DNA of 64,000 nt, from positions 1-64,000 of the IMG/VR virus record IMGVR_UViG_3300037222_000116. One strand, given 5' to 3'. Within the stretch, counting starts at the first letter, position 1. Each line of letters starts with the position of its first letter. Source of the DNA: a virus. Of this stretch, positions 9,485 through 18,670 are shown piece by piece. Made by a program: the position numbers and the translations under genes. Under the pieces are notes generated by a model. The model saw only the letters and a list, made by a program, of their open reading frames with translations. It made no database searches and had not been told where the DNA came from.

Positions 9485-9524
9485 GGTTCTTCACTCCGTT
9501 TTGTACTGCTCGGTTTGGTCCGTA

Positions 9525-9555
9525 GAGGAGGCGGGGGTTTTACGCCCGCCTCCTC
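9525..9555. other. stem-loop upstream of capsid candidate
   Basis: GAGGAGGCGGG / CCCGCCTCCTC 11-bp inverted repeat. Confidence 0.55.
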
Positions 9556-9580
9556 GTGATGGTTCTTGTCGGCCTCGCGC

Positions 9581-10171
9581 CTACGACTGGTAGGGCGAGA
9601 GGCTCATGGCGGGCTCCTGCGCGCCCGCCATCTCGTCCTGATAGAGCCCGAGGCTCACGGGCGTGCCGCCGCCCATGATCTGAAGGCCGCTCGGCATGCC
9701 GAGCGCGCCCGCCACGAGGGCCTGCGCGACGGCGTCCGTGTCCGCGGACTCGCCGAGGATCTGGAGGTCCGCGCCCGCCATCTCGGCGGCGTACTCACCG
9801 AGCGCGCCGTTCATCTCGGGCTCGATGTAGTGGCCGCGGAGCAGCTCGGTGATGGCGATGACCGCCGTCAGGCCGAGGCCGAGGAATCCGGCGCTGCGGG
9901 TCTTGCGGAAGAACAGCGCGATGGTCGACGGGATACCACCCGCCGCCAGCGCGATGAACCCCGCGTACTTCGCGATGCGCGGGCTGGAGTGCCGCATCGC
10001 CTTGGCGGCGAGGAGGCCACCGCCCGCGAGGCCCGCGCCGAGGAGCGCGCCCCACGCGGGGGACACCTCGCCGTAGTAGCCGTATCCGTCGAAGAGGCCG
10101 CCCAGCTCGTCGCTGGCGACCTCGGCGGGCTCACCGGCCGAGAACTGGTCGAACTTCATCGAACGGGTCAT
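9581..10171 (-). CDS. major membrane protein candidate with multiple LG sites
   Basis: GAAGGAG RBS; 2-3 hydrophobic segments; DELGG, MNGALG, QILG, GALG; in-frame GTG at 10342 possible. Confidence 0.7.
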   Translation of the reverse strand: MTRSMKFDQFSAGEPAEVASDELGGLFDGYGYYGEVSPAWGALLGAGLAGGGLLAAKAMRHSSPRIAKYAGFIALAAGGIPSTIALFFRKTRSAGFLGLGLTAVIAITELLRGHYIEPEMNGALGEYAAEMAGADLQILGESADTDAVAQALVAGALGMPSGLQIMGGGTPVSLGLYQDEMAGAQEPAMSLSPYQS

Positions 10172-10354
10172 GTGGACTCCTTCAATTTCGTTGTCGGGTT
10201 GGTGCTCGTCGTCGCCCTCGTTGGCTCCGTCGACACCGTCCCGTGGTTGCCCTTGTGGACCGTCCCACTGCGCACACCGAATGAACTCCCCGACGTCAGG
10301 GACCTTCACCTTGTCCGTGCGTGTGCAGCGTCTTCGCTTCACGTTCTTGTGCCT

Positions 10355-10621
10355 CTACCTGCACTTCTTGAAGGCCCCGGTGGTCTTGTTGCGGCAGCGC
10401 TTGCCGCCCTTGCGGGTCCACGTCGCCACGACGCGCCCGGTGCCACCGCTGACGCGAGACTTGGCGCGCTTGCGGCACTGCCCCTTGCGGGGTCCGCTCT
10501 TCACCTTGCCGTAGGGGCACTTCCGACGGCCTCTGGACCCGTCAATGGTGAACGTGCCGCTCTCAGGAGAGCCGCCGTAGCCATCGTCACTGCCCAGCGT
10601 GAACACGCGCTTGCCTCGCAT
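10355..10621 (-). CDS. basic Cys-containing DNA-condensing protein candidate
   Basis: KCPYGKVKSGPRKGQCRK; highly Lys/Arg-rich. Confidence 0.7.
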   Translation of the reverse strand: MRGKRVFTLGSDDGYGGSPESGTFTIDGSRGRRKCPYGKVKSGPRKGQCRKRAKSRVSGGTGRVVATWTRKGGKRCRNKTTGAFKKCR

Positions 10622-10630
10622 GACGCGCCG

Positions 10631-10786
10631 TTACTTCCGGCGACGCTTGTGCTTGAGGCACTGGCCCTTGCGACGACCGACCTTGACCTTGCCGAAGCGG
10701 CACTTCTTGGTCGACTTGCGCCGACGCGCCTTGCCCAGCTCGTCGCTGTCGTTGACGTACATGCTGCGAAGTCCCGTGGTCGTCAT
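10631..10786 (-). CDS. protamine-like protein with acidic leader (51 aa)
   Basis: GAGGAG RBS; NDSDELG then KARRRK..KCRFGKVKVGRRKGQC. Confidence 0.7.
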   Translation of the reverse strand: MTTTGLRSMYVNDSDELGKARRRKSTKKCRFGKVKVGRRKGQCLKHKRRRK

Positions 10787-10823
10787 CTGCGTGCTCCTCT
10801 TGTGCTGCTGGTTGATGTCCCGT

Positions 10824-12611
10824 TCACCACGGGAGTCCGTGAACCGCTGCAACGGTCGGATCGAAATCCGCCGTGGAAACCGAATCCGTATCGTCGTCGA
10901 AGTCGCCTTGATCCTCGTCGGGCGCGAAGCCGTCATCACCCGATTCCGGCAATGGAGCGACCGAAGCGGACGGAGCGGACGGCGAAGGCCCACCACCCGA
11001 TCCACTGCCACCACCTGACTGCTGCGGCGCAGGGACATTCTGGTTCTGGGACAGCGGCGTCGCTGTCGGAGCAGTCCCGGCTGCGGGTCCACTCGCGCCG
11101 GGCGTAGCGGTGTTGGGAGGCACCGAGGACCACGGTGCTCCAGTCGGCGTCGTCGACATCACCGACGGACCCGAGCCGGTGTAGGCGCTCGCCGTGGGCG
11201 TGCTGCTCGCGCTCGGCTGGCATTGGTTGCCGTTGACGAGCATCGACCCCGGAGGACAAATCGGAGTGGCTGTATTGTCGATGGGATCGGCGTGCTGAAT
11301 GCACTGATTGCCGACCAATCGAAACCCCGGAGGGCACGTCGCTGGAGTGCGCGCGAGTGAATTCGCCGTTGCACCCGGTCCCGGTGGGGGAGCGCTGATG
11401 ATTCTCGCGGGCATTGCAGCTTGCGGCGGTGCGAACGGCGTTGCCGTCGCAACCGACTGCTGTTGCGCTGCCGCTGCCGCTGCCGCTGCTGCGGCCTGCT
11501 GTTGCGCGAGCGTCTGCCCGCCACCGCCGCCATGCGAGCGACCGTGACGACCATGGGCTGCGTGACCATGCGTGCTGCGCGCATGCCCGCCGTGCCCACC
11601 GTGCGCGCGACTGCTGCGTGATCGATGTGCTGCGCCGAGCGCGTCGTTCATGTGCGCCTGCTGGAAGTAGCTCGGTCCCAGCACGCGCTGCATCATCGGC
11701 AGCATGGCAATGACAGGAGGAGGCGTGCCGACCGTCGACTTGTCGGAGCCGACTGTCGATTCAATGGTCGTTCCGCCACCGCCAGAACCACTGCCGCTCG
11801 TGTAGCCGCGCGCCTGTGCTTCGGCGACCGCTTGCGCGTGAGCTTGCGCGCGAGACATGCCGTGGTGATGCCCGCGCGCAGCGTGTGCGCCGCGTGCGTA
11901 GCCGTGACCACCACCCTGACGGACGCGTGTGGACGTGCGGGAGGCCCCGCGACGCGCCGCGCCGAGCCCCCCTTCTTCAAAAGGGAGGGGCGAGCCTCCG
12001 TTGTATGGATCGAGTGCCTGCACGGGCGGCTCTTCGCCACCTTCAGACGAGAGCGAGATCCGCTCCATCATCTGCGGGAAGCCGAAGGGCGGCGGGATGA
12101 CGACCGTCAGCCCGCCGAACTTGGCGACGACCGGACGGCCCTGAAGCATGATCTGCGCGGCGCGGCAGATGGCTCCTGCGACCGAGCCACCACCGGGGCA
12201 CTTGCCCTGAATGGAGCCCACGTCGCCGAGCCCGCCACTGAGCGCGCCGTTCATCGCCGCCGTCTGCACGGCTTGTGCAAATGCACCAAGCGCGCTCTGC
12301 TGCTGCGGCGAGAGCTGACGGGAGCCCGGATCGACCCCGATCACCTGCGGAGGAGGCAATCCCGGCGCACCGGAGCCATCTCCCGGCCCGAGCGTCTCAT
12401 CCATCGGGTCTGTTCCCGGTGGAGGAGCACCCGTAAACCGCTGGTGCTGGTAGGGATGATCGTTGAATCCCTGTGCGGGGTGCGCGATGGCATTGATGAG
12501 AGCGCCACTTTGCACCGCCGCAATGCCGCGCTGTCCGAACGGGATGACAACTCCCGTGCGGAGCACCGCGTTGGGATCGACCGCGAGGCGGGCCATTCCG
12601 TGTTGCGCCAT
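10824..12611 (-). CDS. low-complexity Gly/Ala/His/Pro-rich putative virion precursor protein
   Basis: 595 aa; several ALG/GLG sites, His-rich tracts, two CPPG..GNQC repeats, acidic C-terminus. Confidence 0.7.
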   Translation of the reverse strand: MAQHGMARLAVDPNAVLRTGVVIPFGQRGIAAVQSGALINAIAHPAQGFNDHPYQHQRFTGAPPPGTDPMDETLGPGDGSGAPGLPPPQVIGVDPGSRQLSPQQQSALGAFAQAVQTAAMNGALSGGLGDVGSIQGKCPGGGSVAGAICRAAQIMLQGRPVVAKFGGLTVVIPPPFGFPQMMERISLSSEGGEEPPVQALDPYNGGSPLPFEEGGLGAARRGASRTSTRVRQGGGHGYARGAHAARGHHHGMSRAQAHAQAVAEAQARGYTSGSGSGGGGTTIESTVGSDKSTVGTPPPVIAMLPMMQRVLGPSYFQQAHMNDALGAAHRSRSSRAHGGHGGHARSTHGHAAHGRHGRSHGGGGGQTLAQQQAAAAAAAAAAQQQSVATATPFAPPQAAMPARIISAPPPGPGATANSLARTPATCPPGFRLVGNQCIQHADPIDNTATPICPPGSMLVNGNQCQPSASSTPTASAYTGSGPSVMSTTPTGAPWSSVPPNTATPGASGPAAGTAPTATPLSQNQNVPAPQQSGGGSGSGGGPSPSAPSASVAPLPESGDDGFAPDEDQGDFDDDTDSVSTADFDPTVAAVHGLPW

Positions 12612-12618
12612 GGGGTGA

Positions 12619-12648
12619 AGGCTACGGCGGTGTGGACTGGTGTGTCAA
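12619..12648 (-). promoter_or_regulatory. sigma70-like leaderless promoter
   Basis: TTGACA-N18-TAGCCT, 7 nt before ATG at 12611, no SD. Confidence 0.55.
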
Positions 12649-12777
12649 ATGCAAGTGCTTGATATGATTCACGATATGTATTACGTTGTGCGACGGGACG
12701 CCGCTCGAATTGGATTCCGTATCGACGGTGACAATGCGTATTGCATTGTGAAACAGGTTTGTTGTAGGCTGCACACC

Positions 12778-13149
12778 ATGACAAAACCATCTGCCGAAGA
12801 AACCGGCAAAAAGCTCGATCACCTGAACGCCATGATTGCCCGCCTCGAAGGGATCTTCGAGAAGACCTACGGCTTCGGGGCAAGCATCCCGCTCACCGAA
12901 GGGGTCTTCGAGTACAAAGAATTGATCTTCGAGAAGAACGCACACGGAAGCTGGCAATTCGCCATGGGCGACAACAACGCGTCGCACCCACTGCGCAGCA
13001 CGGCAGCACTGACCCGCATTCGCATCGTCTGCGACGGCTACCTGACGGCATTGCAGGCGAAGCTCGAAGACGGTGTGCGCGAACGTCACGACGGCGTCGA
13101 CAAGGCCATCGCCACAGCGACGGCGTTGATTGCCGAGCTGGAGCGCTAG
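12778..13149 (+). CDS. hypothetical protein
   Basis: ORF following AT-rich divergent intergenic region. Confidence 0.6.
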   Translation: MTKPSAEETGKKLDHLNAMIARLEGIFEKTYGFGASIPLTEGVFEYKELIFEKNAHGSWQFAMGDNNASHPLRSTAALTRIRIVCDGYLTALQAKLEDGVRERHDGVDKAIATATALIAELER

Positions 13150-13151
13150 AC

Positions 13152-13397
13152 GTGTCTGACAAGTACGCCCGAATCGACCCATGGTACGACGCGGTGCAGG
13201 GTATTACGCGAGGACTACGAGAACCCGCACACTGGATGATTCATCTGGATGCGGGGATCACAGGGTTACGCTACAACCCGACCTCCGCTGGCGGCGTCAA
13301 ATCCGTCCATGAGCTATACCGCAAGCTCGTGGACGCCGAGGAACGCATCAAGAAGGCCCTCGAAGACTTGAGGGCGCTCGGCGAGCGGAAGTTCTAG
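13152..13397 (+). CDS. hypothetical protein
   Basis: coupled to upstream ORF. Confidence 0.55.
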   Translation: MSDKYARIDPWYDAVQGITRGLREPAHWMIHLDAGITGLRYNPTSAGGVKSVHELYRKLVDAEERIKKALEDLRALGERKF

Positions 13398-13837
13398 CGA
13401 TAACGCCGAGCGCCGGTCAGCGCAGGCTTCTTCTTGCGCCTTGGCTTGGGCGGGGGCGGCAGCGGAATGTCCTCGTCAATCTCCAACAGAGAGATGCGAC
13501 TGCCCTCGCGCTGCTCGGTCGGCATGTCAGCAGCCGAGTCACGCGGGACACAGAGGCAGCGTTTGGCAATGCCTTCGCTGATGCCCTTGACCTTGTCCAA
13601 AAGCATCTGCGACGCCTCGACACCACGCGGGGAATCAGCGCCGATGAAGTTCGCTGCGGCCATGGACGCGTGAGCGGTTGCAACACGCGTGAACCTGTGT
13701 GCGTCCTCGCAGCGGTCGTCTTTCAGAGCGTCTCGGGCCTGCTCCATGGCCTTGACGCCCTCTTCAATGCTGGCGTTGCCGCGCGCAATGTGCGCCGGGG
13801 CGAGTGATCCAAGGTTGTGCGATCGTCGGCGTCTCAT
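13394..13837 (-). CDS. two-Cys helical domain protein with basic termini
   Basis: MRRRRSHNLG, helical Cys domain, SRISLLEID, LTGARRYR. Confidence 0.7.
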   Translation of the reverse strand: MRRRRSHNLGSLAPAHIARGNASIEEGVKAMEQARDALKDDRCEDAHRFTRVATAHASMAAANFIGADSPRGVEASQMLLDKVKGISEGIAKRCLCVPRDSAADMPTEQREGSRISLLEIDEDIPLPPPPKPRRKKKPALTGARRYR

Positions 13838-15705
13838 CGGCGGGCTCCCCTTCTTCGCTGCGGTGCTCGCTGCTGCACACGCCGACGACGTGCGCCCTCG
13901 ATGTGAGAAAAGCGGCCTCGGTCTTCCTCACGCTCGCGGGCCTCTTCTTCCTCGTGGAAGCGCCGCACGCGCTCTTGTGCTGCTGTCTCGTCGATGTCCT
14001 CGACATCGAGATTGGCGTAGCGAAGTCGCTCCTCCAACGCCGTCATTCCTTGACGATGTTCGGCTTCCTCAACACCCAACCGAGTGATCTGCTCTTCGAG
14101 GGCTTCGAGCGCGACGAGCTGGATGCGCGTCCTCGGCGGCAAACGATAGCGAGGCGAGGCAGCGCTCTTGGCGAAGCACCGATCGAGGTTCTGACGAATG
14201 GTATTCAAGACGGCTTTGGTATAGTTCTGCCGACCGCCTTGGGCTTGGGTGCAATCGCGGCGCACAGCACGCAGCAAGAGTTGATTGCCCATATCGCCAT
14301 GAGCATTCGTATCGAGGTTCTGACAAAGGCTTGAGAGATTGCCTGCTCGACGATACGCACGCACGCGACGAATGCCACGTTGGATCAAGTCTTCGTCATT
14401 GCCGTAATCACTCTCGACGCGATGAATCAAGCACGAGTTGGCGATCGTCTCTTTGACGTGCTTGAGGCCGTTGAGGACTTTCTGCTCGGTCGCGGACAGC
14501 ACGTTCTCTTTGGCCTGCGACCGCGCGCTGAACGTGTGAACGGACGCCTTGCCGTACTTCTCGATGGCAAACTCGATCGTCTCCAATGCCGCCTTGCAAT
14601 GCCCGTCATTGAGCGCTCGCAAAGCGATCCGCGTGAACTCGTCAGCTTCACGCAGGAGTGGCTTGCCCTCCTGTGAATGCCACTTGGCTCCTGAGCCGGG
14701 ACCGTGCTCGGAAATGCGTTCTGCGGCTTCTCGGGCAAGAGCTTTCGCCTTGGTCTTACGCGGCGCAGCGCCGAGACGATTGCTACGTCCGAGCGCACCG
14801 TCGATTTCAAGGTACTCGAAGCGCCCCGGCTGTCGAGGCTCGCCACGCGCTTCACGGGCTTCTTCTTCCAGTTCGATTTGCTCGATGCGTGAGCGCCGGT
14901 GAGCATCTTCTTCGCGCTGCTGCATCTCTTCGTGCGCTCGCTCCCGAGCAAGACGCTCTTCTTCGAGTCGCTGTGCAGCAGCCTCGTTCTGCTCTTCGCG
15001 CGTCATCAAGTAGCCGGGGAGCGGCTCGCCGGGATTCTCTCGATGCCATTCACGACGAGCATTCTCACGAGCTTGCGCGCGCTGGTCTTCGTAAGTCTGA
15101 ACGCGCTCGGGACCACCTTCTTCCATCGGAACCGACGTGCCCTCGTGCGGCGCGAAGTCCTCAACCAACCCGCCGCCGCTCCCAGAGCGTGACGATGTTG
15201 GTGCTTCTTCTCGTCGCTGGCAGGCTTGACGAATCACATTCGCGTACTTGACAACCCGGTTGCGGAACTTGCTGTCACCGCTGCCGAGACAAGCGAGCGA
15301 ATGTGCGAGCGCCTCGGCCTCGAAGGACAACATGACGCCGTCGCGACAGCCTTCTTCGGTGCGAGCAAGATGCACAGCCTCACGCAACTTGCTAGTCGCG
15401 GCGAGCTTGGTTGCGACGACGGCATCGTGATCAGGAATGCAGCCGTGCGAGAGGTCTTCGACTTCGACGCGAGCGGCGTTGATTGCTCGTTGCGCGCGCT
15501 CAACCAACCCGGTATCGCCTGCGCTCTCGGCGTGCGCCATGCCGATCGCGGCTGCAAGTGCATTCTTGGTCGCTGTCGAGAACCGACCGTCGCAAGACCG
15601 ATCGCCACTACGTGTACTTTGCTCGGCGAGCGAGATCATGCGCTCGGCGTTGTCTGCCTTGTGAACAGACTTGACAAGGCCGAGGCCCGCGTATGCACGC
15701 CGCAT
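13834..15705 (-). CDS. multi-domain helical protein with repeated two-Cys modules
   Basis: 623 aa; repeated modules, RFEYLEIDGALG, Arg tail. Confidence 0.75.
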   Translation of the reverse strand: MRRAYAGLGLVKSVHKADNAERMISLAEQSTRSGDRSCDGRFSTATKNALAAAIGMAHAESAGDTGLVERAQRAINAARVEVEDLSHGCIPDHDAVVATKLAATSKLREAVHLARTEEGCRDGVMLSFEAEALAHSLACLGSGDSKFRNRVVKYANVIRQACQRREEAPTSSRSGSGGGLVEDFAPHEGTSVPMEEGGPERVQTYEDQRAQARENARREWHRENPGEPLPGYLMTREEQNEAAAQRLEEERLARERAHEEMQQREEDAHRRSRIEQIELEEEAREARGEPRQPGRFEYLEIDGALGRSNRLGAAPRKTKAKALAREAAERISEHGPGSGAKWHSQEGKPLLREADEFTRIALRALNDGHCKAALETIEFAIEKYGKASVHTFSARSQAKENVLSATEQKVLNGLKHVKETIANSCLIHRVESDYGNDEDLIQRGIRRVRAYRRAGNLSSLCQNLDTNAHGDMGNQLLLRAVRRDCTQAQGGRQNYTKAVLNTIRQNLDRCFAKSAASPRYRLPPRTRIQLVALEALEEQITRLGVEEAEHRQGMTALEERLRYANLDVEDIDETAAQERVRRFHEEEEAREREEDRGRFSHIEGARRRRVQQRAPQRRRGARR

Positions 15706-15740
15706 GGTTCCTCAATACCTACCACAGCGAGACGAAACGC

Positions 15741-16676
15741 TCATAGCTCAGGCATCTTCTGCGAGCGACAGATCGACCGCACCCGCTTGCGCACGAACTC
15801 CAATCGCTTCGCAAGCGCGGGCAGTGTCCTGCTGTCTTCGATCAGCTCGTCAGGGAAGTCGTTGAAGATGATGTCGGCGTTGCGAAGTGCATAACCAGCC
15901 ACAGTACAGTTGCCACCGTTGGCGTGAGTCAAAGCACTTTGAATTTGATCTACAAGCTGGTTTCGCTTGTCGCCGTACTCTTTGAGGGCTTCTTCTTTGC
16001 CTTCTTCTTTGCCCTCTTCGTGGCCTTCATTGTATTGCTCGACGAGATCGCTCTCTAAGGTATCGTTGTCGATGCACTTGTGATCGCTGTCTGAACAACA
16101 GGTGTTCTCGTCGTTTGAACAGAAATCGTTGCTCTCATACATCGACTCTCGTTCCATCTCGGAACCGCGCTCTTCGGCGCGTTCGATCTTACGGCGCATC
16201 TCACGCTGACAAGGATTGTCACTGTCGTCTTCATCGATCAAGACATCGCAATCGGGTGATGCCTCGTCAGCGGCCTCTTCACGAGCGACACGCAGAGCCT
16301 CTTCGCCGACGAGAAACCGAGCGTCCTCGAAGCCTTCATCGTAAGCGGCCTCGAAGGCTTCACGATGCTCGGGAGCGAAGCGTCGCTGACCTGCAATTCG
16401 GCGATGAGCACCCCGACCCGGCCTTGCCCAGAACTCGAACATCACCTGCGGGTCGGATGATTCAGGAGCAACGCCATACTCGGGGCGTTCAAACTCAGGT
16501 TCATCAGGATGCCCCGAGCCACCGCCGCTGTACTCCCACGCCATCCGACCGTCACCGAGTCCACGAGACACCCTACGGCGACGTGGCTTGCTACTCAGGT
16601 ACGTCCCGCCGAAGGCAAGAGCGAGCAGCCCGATGAACGGGACGACGATGCTCAGTATGCGAAAGGTTCTTGTCAT
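15741..16676 (-). CDS. N-terminally anchored acidic Cys-rich protein
   Basis: N-terminal TM, RRRRVSRGLGD, acidic core, ends CRSQKMPEL. Confidence 0.7.
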   Translation of the reverse strand: MTRTFRILSIVVPFIGLLALAFGGTYLSSKPRRRRVSRGLGDGRMAWEYSGGGSGHPDEPEFERPEYGVAPESSDPQVMFEFWARPGRGAHRRIAGQRRFAPEHREAFEAAYDEGFEDARFLVGEEALRVAREEAADEASPDCDVLIDEDDSDNPCQREMRRKIERAEERGSEMERESMYESNDFCSNDENTCCSDSDHKCIDNDTLESDLVEQYNEGHEEGKEEGKEEALKEYGDKRNQLVDQIQSALTHANGGNCTVAGYALRNADIIFNDFPDELIEDSRTLPALAKRLEFVRKRVRSICRSQKMPEL

Positions 16677-16993
16677 CGGCGGCGTGGGGCTCTGCGACCG
16701 ACTCTACCAAGATCAGGAAGCTGCTGCTTCCGAGGCTGCTTGCCTGCACAGCCTCGCTTGGCCCATTCCTCGTCGAGAACCCACTGATCGAGGTTGCGCT
16801 GAAAGAAGCTGTCAAGGTAGCCGCTGTCGTACATCCCACGCTTCACGGGAACCCGCACCTTGCTCGGATCTCGTTTCCACGTCTTGACTTGTCCGGTAAC
16901 ACGGACCCTCATGGGCGTCCCGTCAGCATTGCGCGCGAAGCAATGGTAGACGACCTGACCGTGACGCAGCCGCTTGGCTTCTTCGAGCGTCAT
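16673..16993 (-). CDS. small beta-barrel-like protein with LPDLG tag
   Basis: ends CAGKQPRKQQLPDLGRVGRRAPRRR; ATGA-type coupling. Confidence 0.75.
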   Translation of the reverse strand: MTLEEAKRLRHGQVVYHCFARNADGTPMRVRVTGQVKTWKRDPSKVRVPVKRGMYDSGYLDSFFQRNLDQWVLDEEWAKRGCAGKQPRKQQLPDLGRVGRRAPRRR

Positions 16994-17172
16994 CGGCGTC
17001 GGCGTCCTTGACCGAGATCAGGAAGCTCCTGCCGACGGCCACGCTTCAGGCAGGCATCAGGCGTCAACTCCCAATGCTCGACTTGCTTCATGTTGGTCGA
17101 ATAAAGGGTCGTCGCCCAACCCTTCAAGCCGATCTCGAAGTGTCCTGACGGTGAACCGCGCACGTACTTCAC
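16990..17172 (-). CDS. small protein with LPDLG tag
   Basis: ends CLKRGRRQELPDLGQGRRRR. Confidence 0.7.
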   Translation of the reverse strand: MKYVRGSPSGHFEIGLKGWATTLYSTNMKQVEHWELTPDACLKRGRRQELPDLGQGRRRR

Positions 17173-17498
17173 GGCTTGCCGAGGTCAGGGAGCTTCTGCT
17201 TGCGCTTGGTTGTCCTCTTGCTGCATGCGCCTTTCATTACGTCTTCGGCGTTGCGCATCTCGCGCAGCAACTCGCGGCCTCGATCCCGAACAGCCTCCGC
17301 GCCCTCCCCGGCTGACAGCGCATGCGCCCACGCTTCCCCGGCGTACTCAGCAGCGCCCACCAACGATGTCCAGCGTTCACTGCACGAGCGCTGTGGATCG
17401 CGCGCGGACTTCAGCGCATAGCGTGCATGCTCTGCCTTCTCCTCGAAGAGAAGTCGATGCTGTACTGGACTACCACCAAGAGGATTGTGCTCACTCAC
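17169..17498 (-). CDS. two-Cys helical protein with LPDLG tag
   Basis: NPLGG near N-terminus; ends CSKRTTKRKQKLPDLGKP. Confidence 0.7.
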   Translation of the reverse strand: MSEHNPLGGSPVQHRLLFEEKAEHARYALKSARDPQRSCSERWTSLVGAAEYAGEAWAHALSAGEGAEAVRDRGRELLREMRNAEDVMKGACSKRTTKRKQKLPDLGKP

Positions 17499-17507
17499 AA
17501 CGCCTCC

Positions 17508-18074
17508 CTACCAACCCATGTACGTCTGCGGCTGAATGATGCGCGGGCCGTAGACGATCTGGTGTCCGTCGAATTCGAGTCCTGCTCTCGGGGCGTGCGG
17601 CGGCAGCGTGAAGGACTTGCTGAAGCCGATCGTCCAGTCGATCGGAAGCCAGCGATCCGGGTTCATCTTCGGGTAGGCGATCAGCGGGAAGATGTGCGCG
17701 TAGGGTCCATTGGCTTCGTTCTTTGTCACGGCTCCCTTGACGCCGAAACCATTTCCCATGGCGAGGGTAGCAATGAGTGTAAAGCCGTCGTCGCAGTCAC
17801 CACCCCGAAATTGCAACGTCCTGCGGGCACTCTGGTAGGTGTCATACCCGGCGATGTCACCCGTGTACCGGATGTTCTTCGCCATGAAGAGGTTGATCGC
17901 TTCCAGCTCACACATCGAATCCCGCCACGGACAACCGTGCGTGATCGCCAACGCGAGCTGGCGACTGATCGCGGGGTCACGGATGGACTCGTAGACCATC
18001 TTGCGGATCAGCTTGATGCGATCCTCGATGGACTTGGGCTGCCACTCCTGCATACGCATGTTGCCGACGGGCAT
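17508..18074 (-). CDS. transglutaminase-like cysteine protease
   Basis: RTLQFRGGDCDD (Cys), YAHIFP (His), WLPIDW (Asp) in canonical order. Confidence 0.8.
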   Translation of the reverse strand: MPVGNMRMQEWQPKSIEDRIKLIRKMVYESIRDPAISRQLALAITHGCPWRDSMCELEAINLFMAKNIRYTGDIAGYDTYQSARRTLQFRGGDCDDGFTLIATLAMGNGFGVKGAVTKNEANGPYAHIFPLIAYPKMNPDRWLPIDWTIGFSKSFTLPPHAPRAGLEFDGHQIVYGPRIIQPQTYMGW

Positions 18075-18083
18075 TGGCGTCCT

Positions 18084-18347
18084 CTACGTCAGCTTGCGCT
18101 GAAGGCGAATGGTCAGCGCCCGAGCGTGGGCGCGCAGGTTGGGATAGCGGGTTGCGCCGACATCGCCGTCGATCCGACCAAGCGCGTAGACGGCTTCGAT
18201 CAGCACGGGCAGTGCCTCATCAGACGGCAATCGCTCAGCAGACTGCAACATCTGCTGAACCTCCAATGCCATGTTCCCACCGCTCGGCATGGACGAAGCC
18301 TCCCCGAGCGAGTAATTACCCCCAAGAATTGTAATCCCTCGTGTCAT
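18084..18347 (-). CDS. small protein with GITILGGNYSLG leader
   Basis: leader shared with 18344..18667. Confidence 0.65.
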   Translation of the reverse strand: MTRGITILGGNYSLGEASSMPSGGNMALEVQQMLQSAERLPSDEALPVLIEAVYALGRIDGDVGATRYPNLRAHARALTIRLQRKLT

Positions 18348-18655
18348 GGGATTGGTCGCAACACATGAGGATCGACGTAGAAGACAGAGCCGATCGTCGG
18401 CAATGCCGTCTCTCGGTCGATAACAACCGTCGCACGCAGTCTGGGTGCTTCTCCTGCGACGCGGTCGATGAACACAACACGCACGCGCCCCTCAAGCCGT
18501 CCTCCACGACGCGGACTGTTCCACCACACACGGCGACCAACAATAGGAGACGCGAGCCCGTTGTCTCGCTCTTTCTCCCACTGCCATTGATCCTCCATGG
18601 CACTACCCGTATCGGGAAACCCGAGCGAGTAATTACCCCCAAGAATTGTAATCCC
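18303..18655. repeat. 36-bp exact direct repeat (18303-18338 and 18620-18655)
   Basis: CCCGAGCGAGTAATTACCCCCAAGAATTGTAATCCC twice; encodes GITILGGNYSLG on minus strand. Confidence 0.95.
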
Positions 18656-18667
18656 GCTGCGAGGCAT
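18344..18667 (-). CDS. small protein with GITILGGNYSLG leader
   Basis: leader followed by SH3-like beta pattern. Confidence 0.65.
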   Translation of the reverse strand: MPRSGITILGGNYSLGFPDTGSAMEDQWQWEKERDNGLASPIVGRRVWWNSPRRGGRLEGRVRVVFIDRVAGEAPRLRATVVIDRETALPTIGSVFYVDPHVLRPIP

Positions 18668-18670
18668 GGG

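Noticed and set aside
18303-18655. 36-bp repeat as att site or target-site duplication
   Set aside because: Both copies are in frame at gene starts and encode the same leader; no mobile element between them
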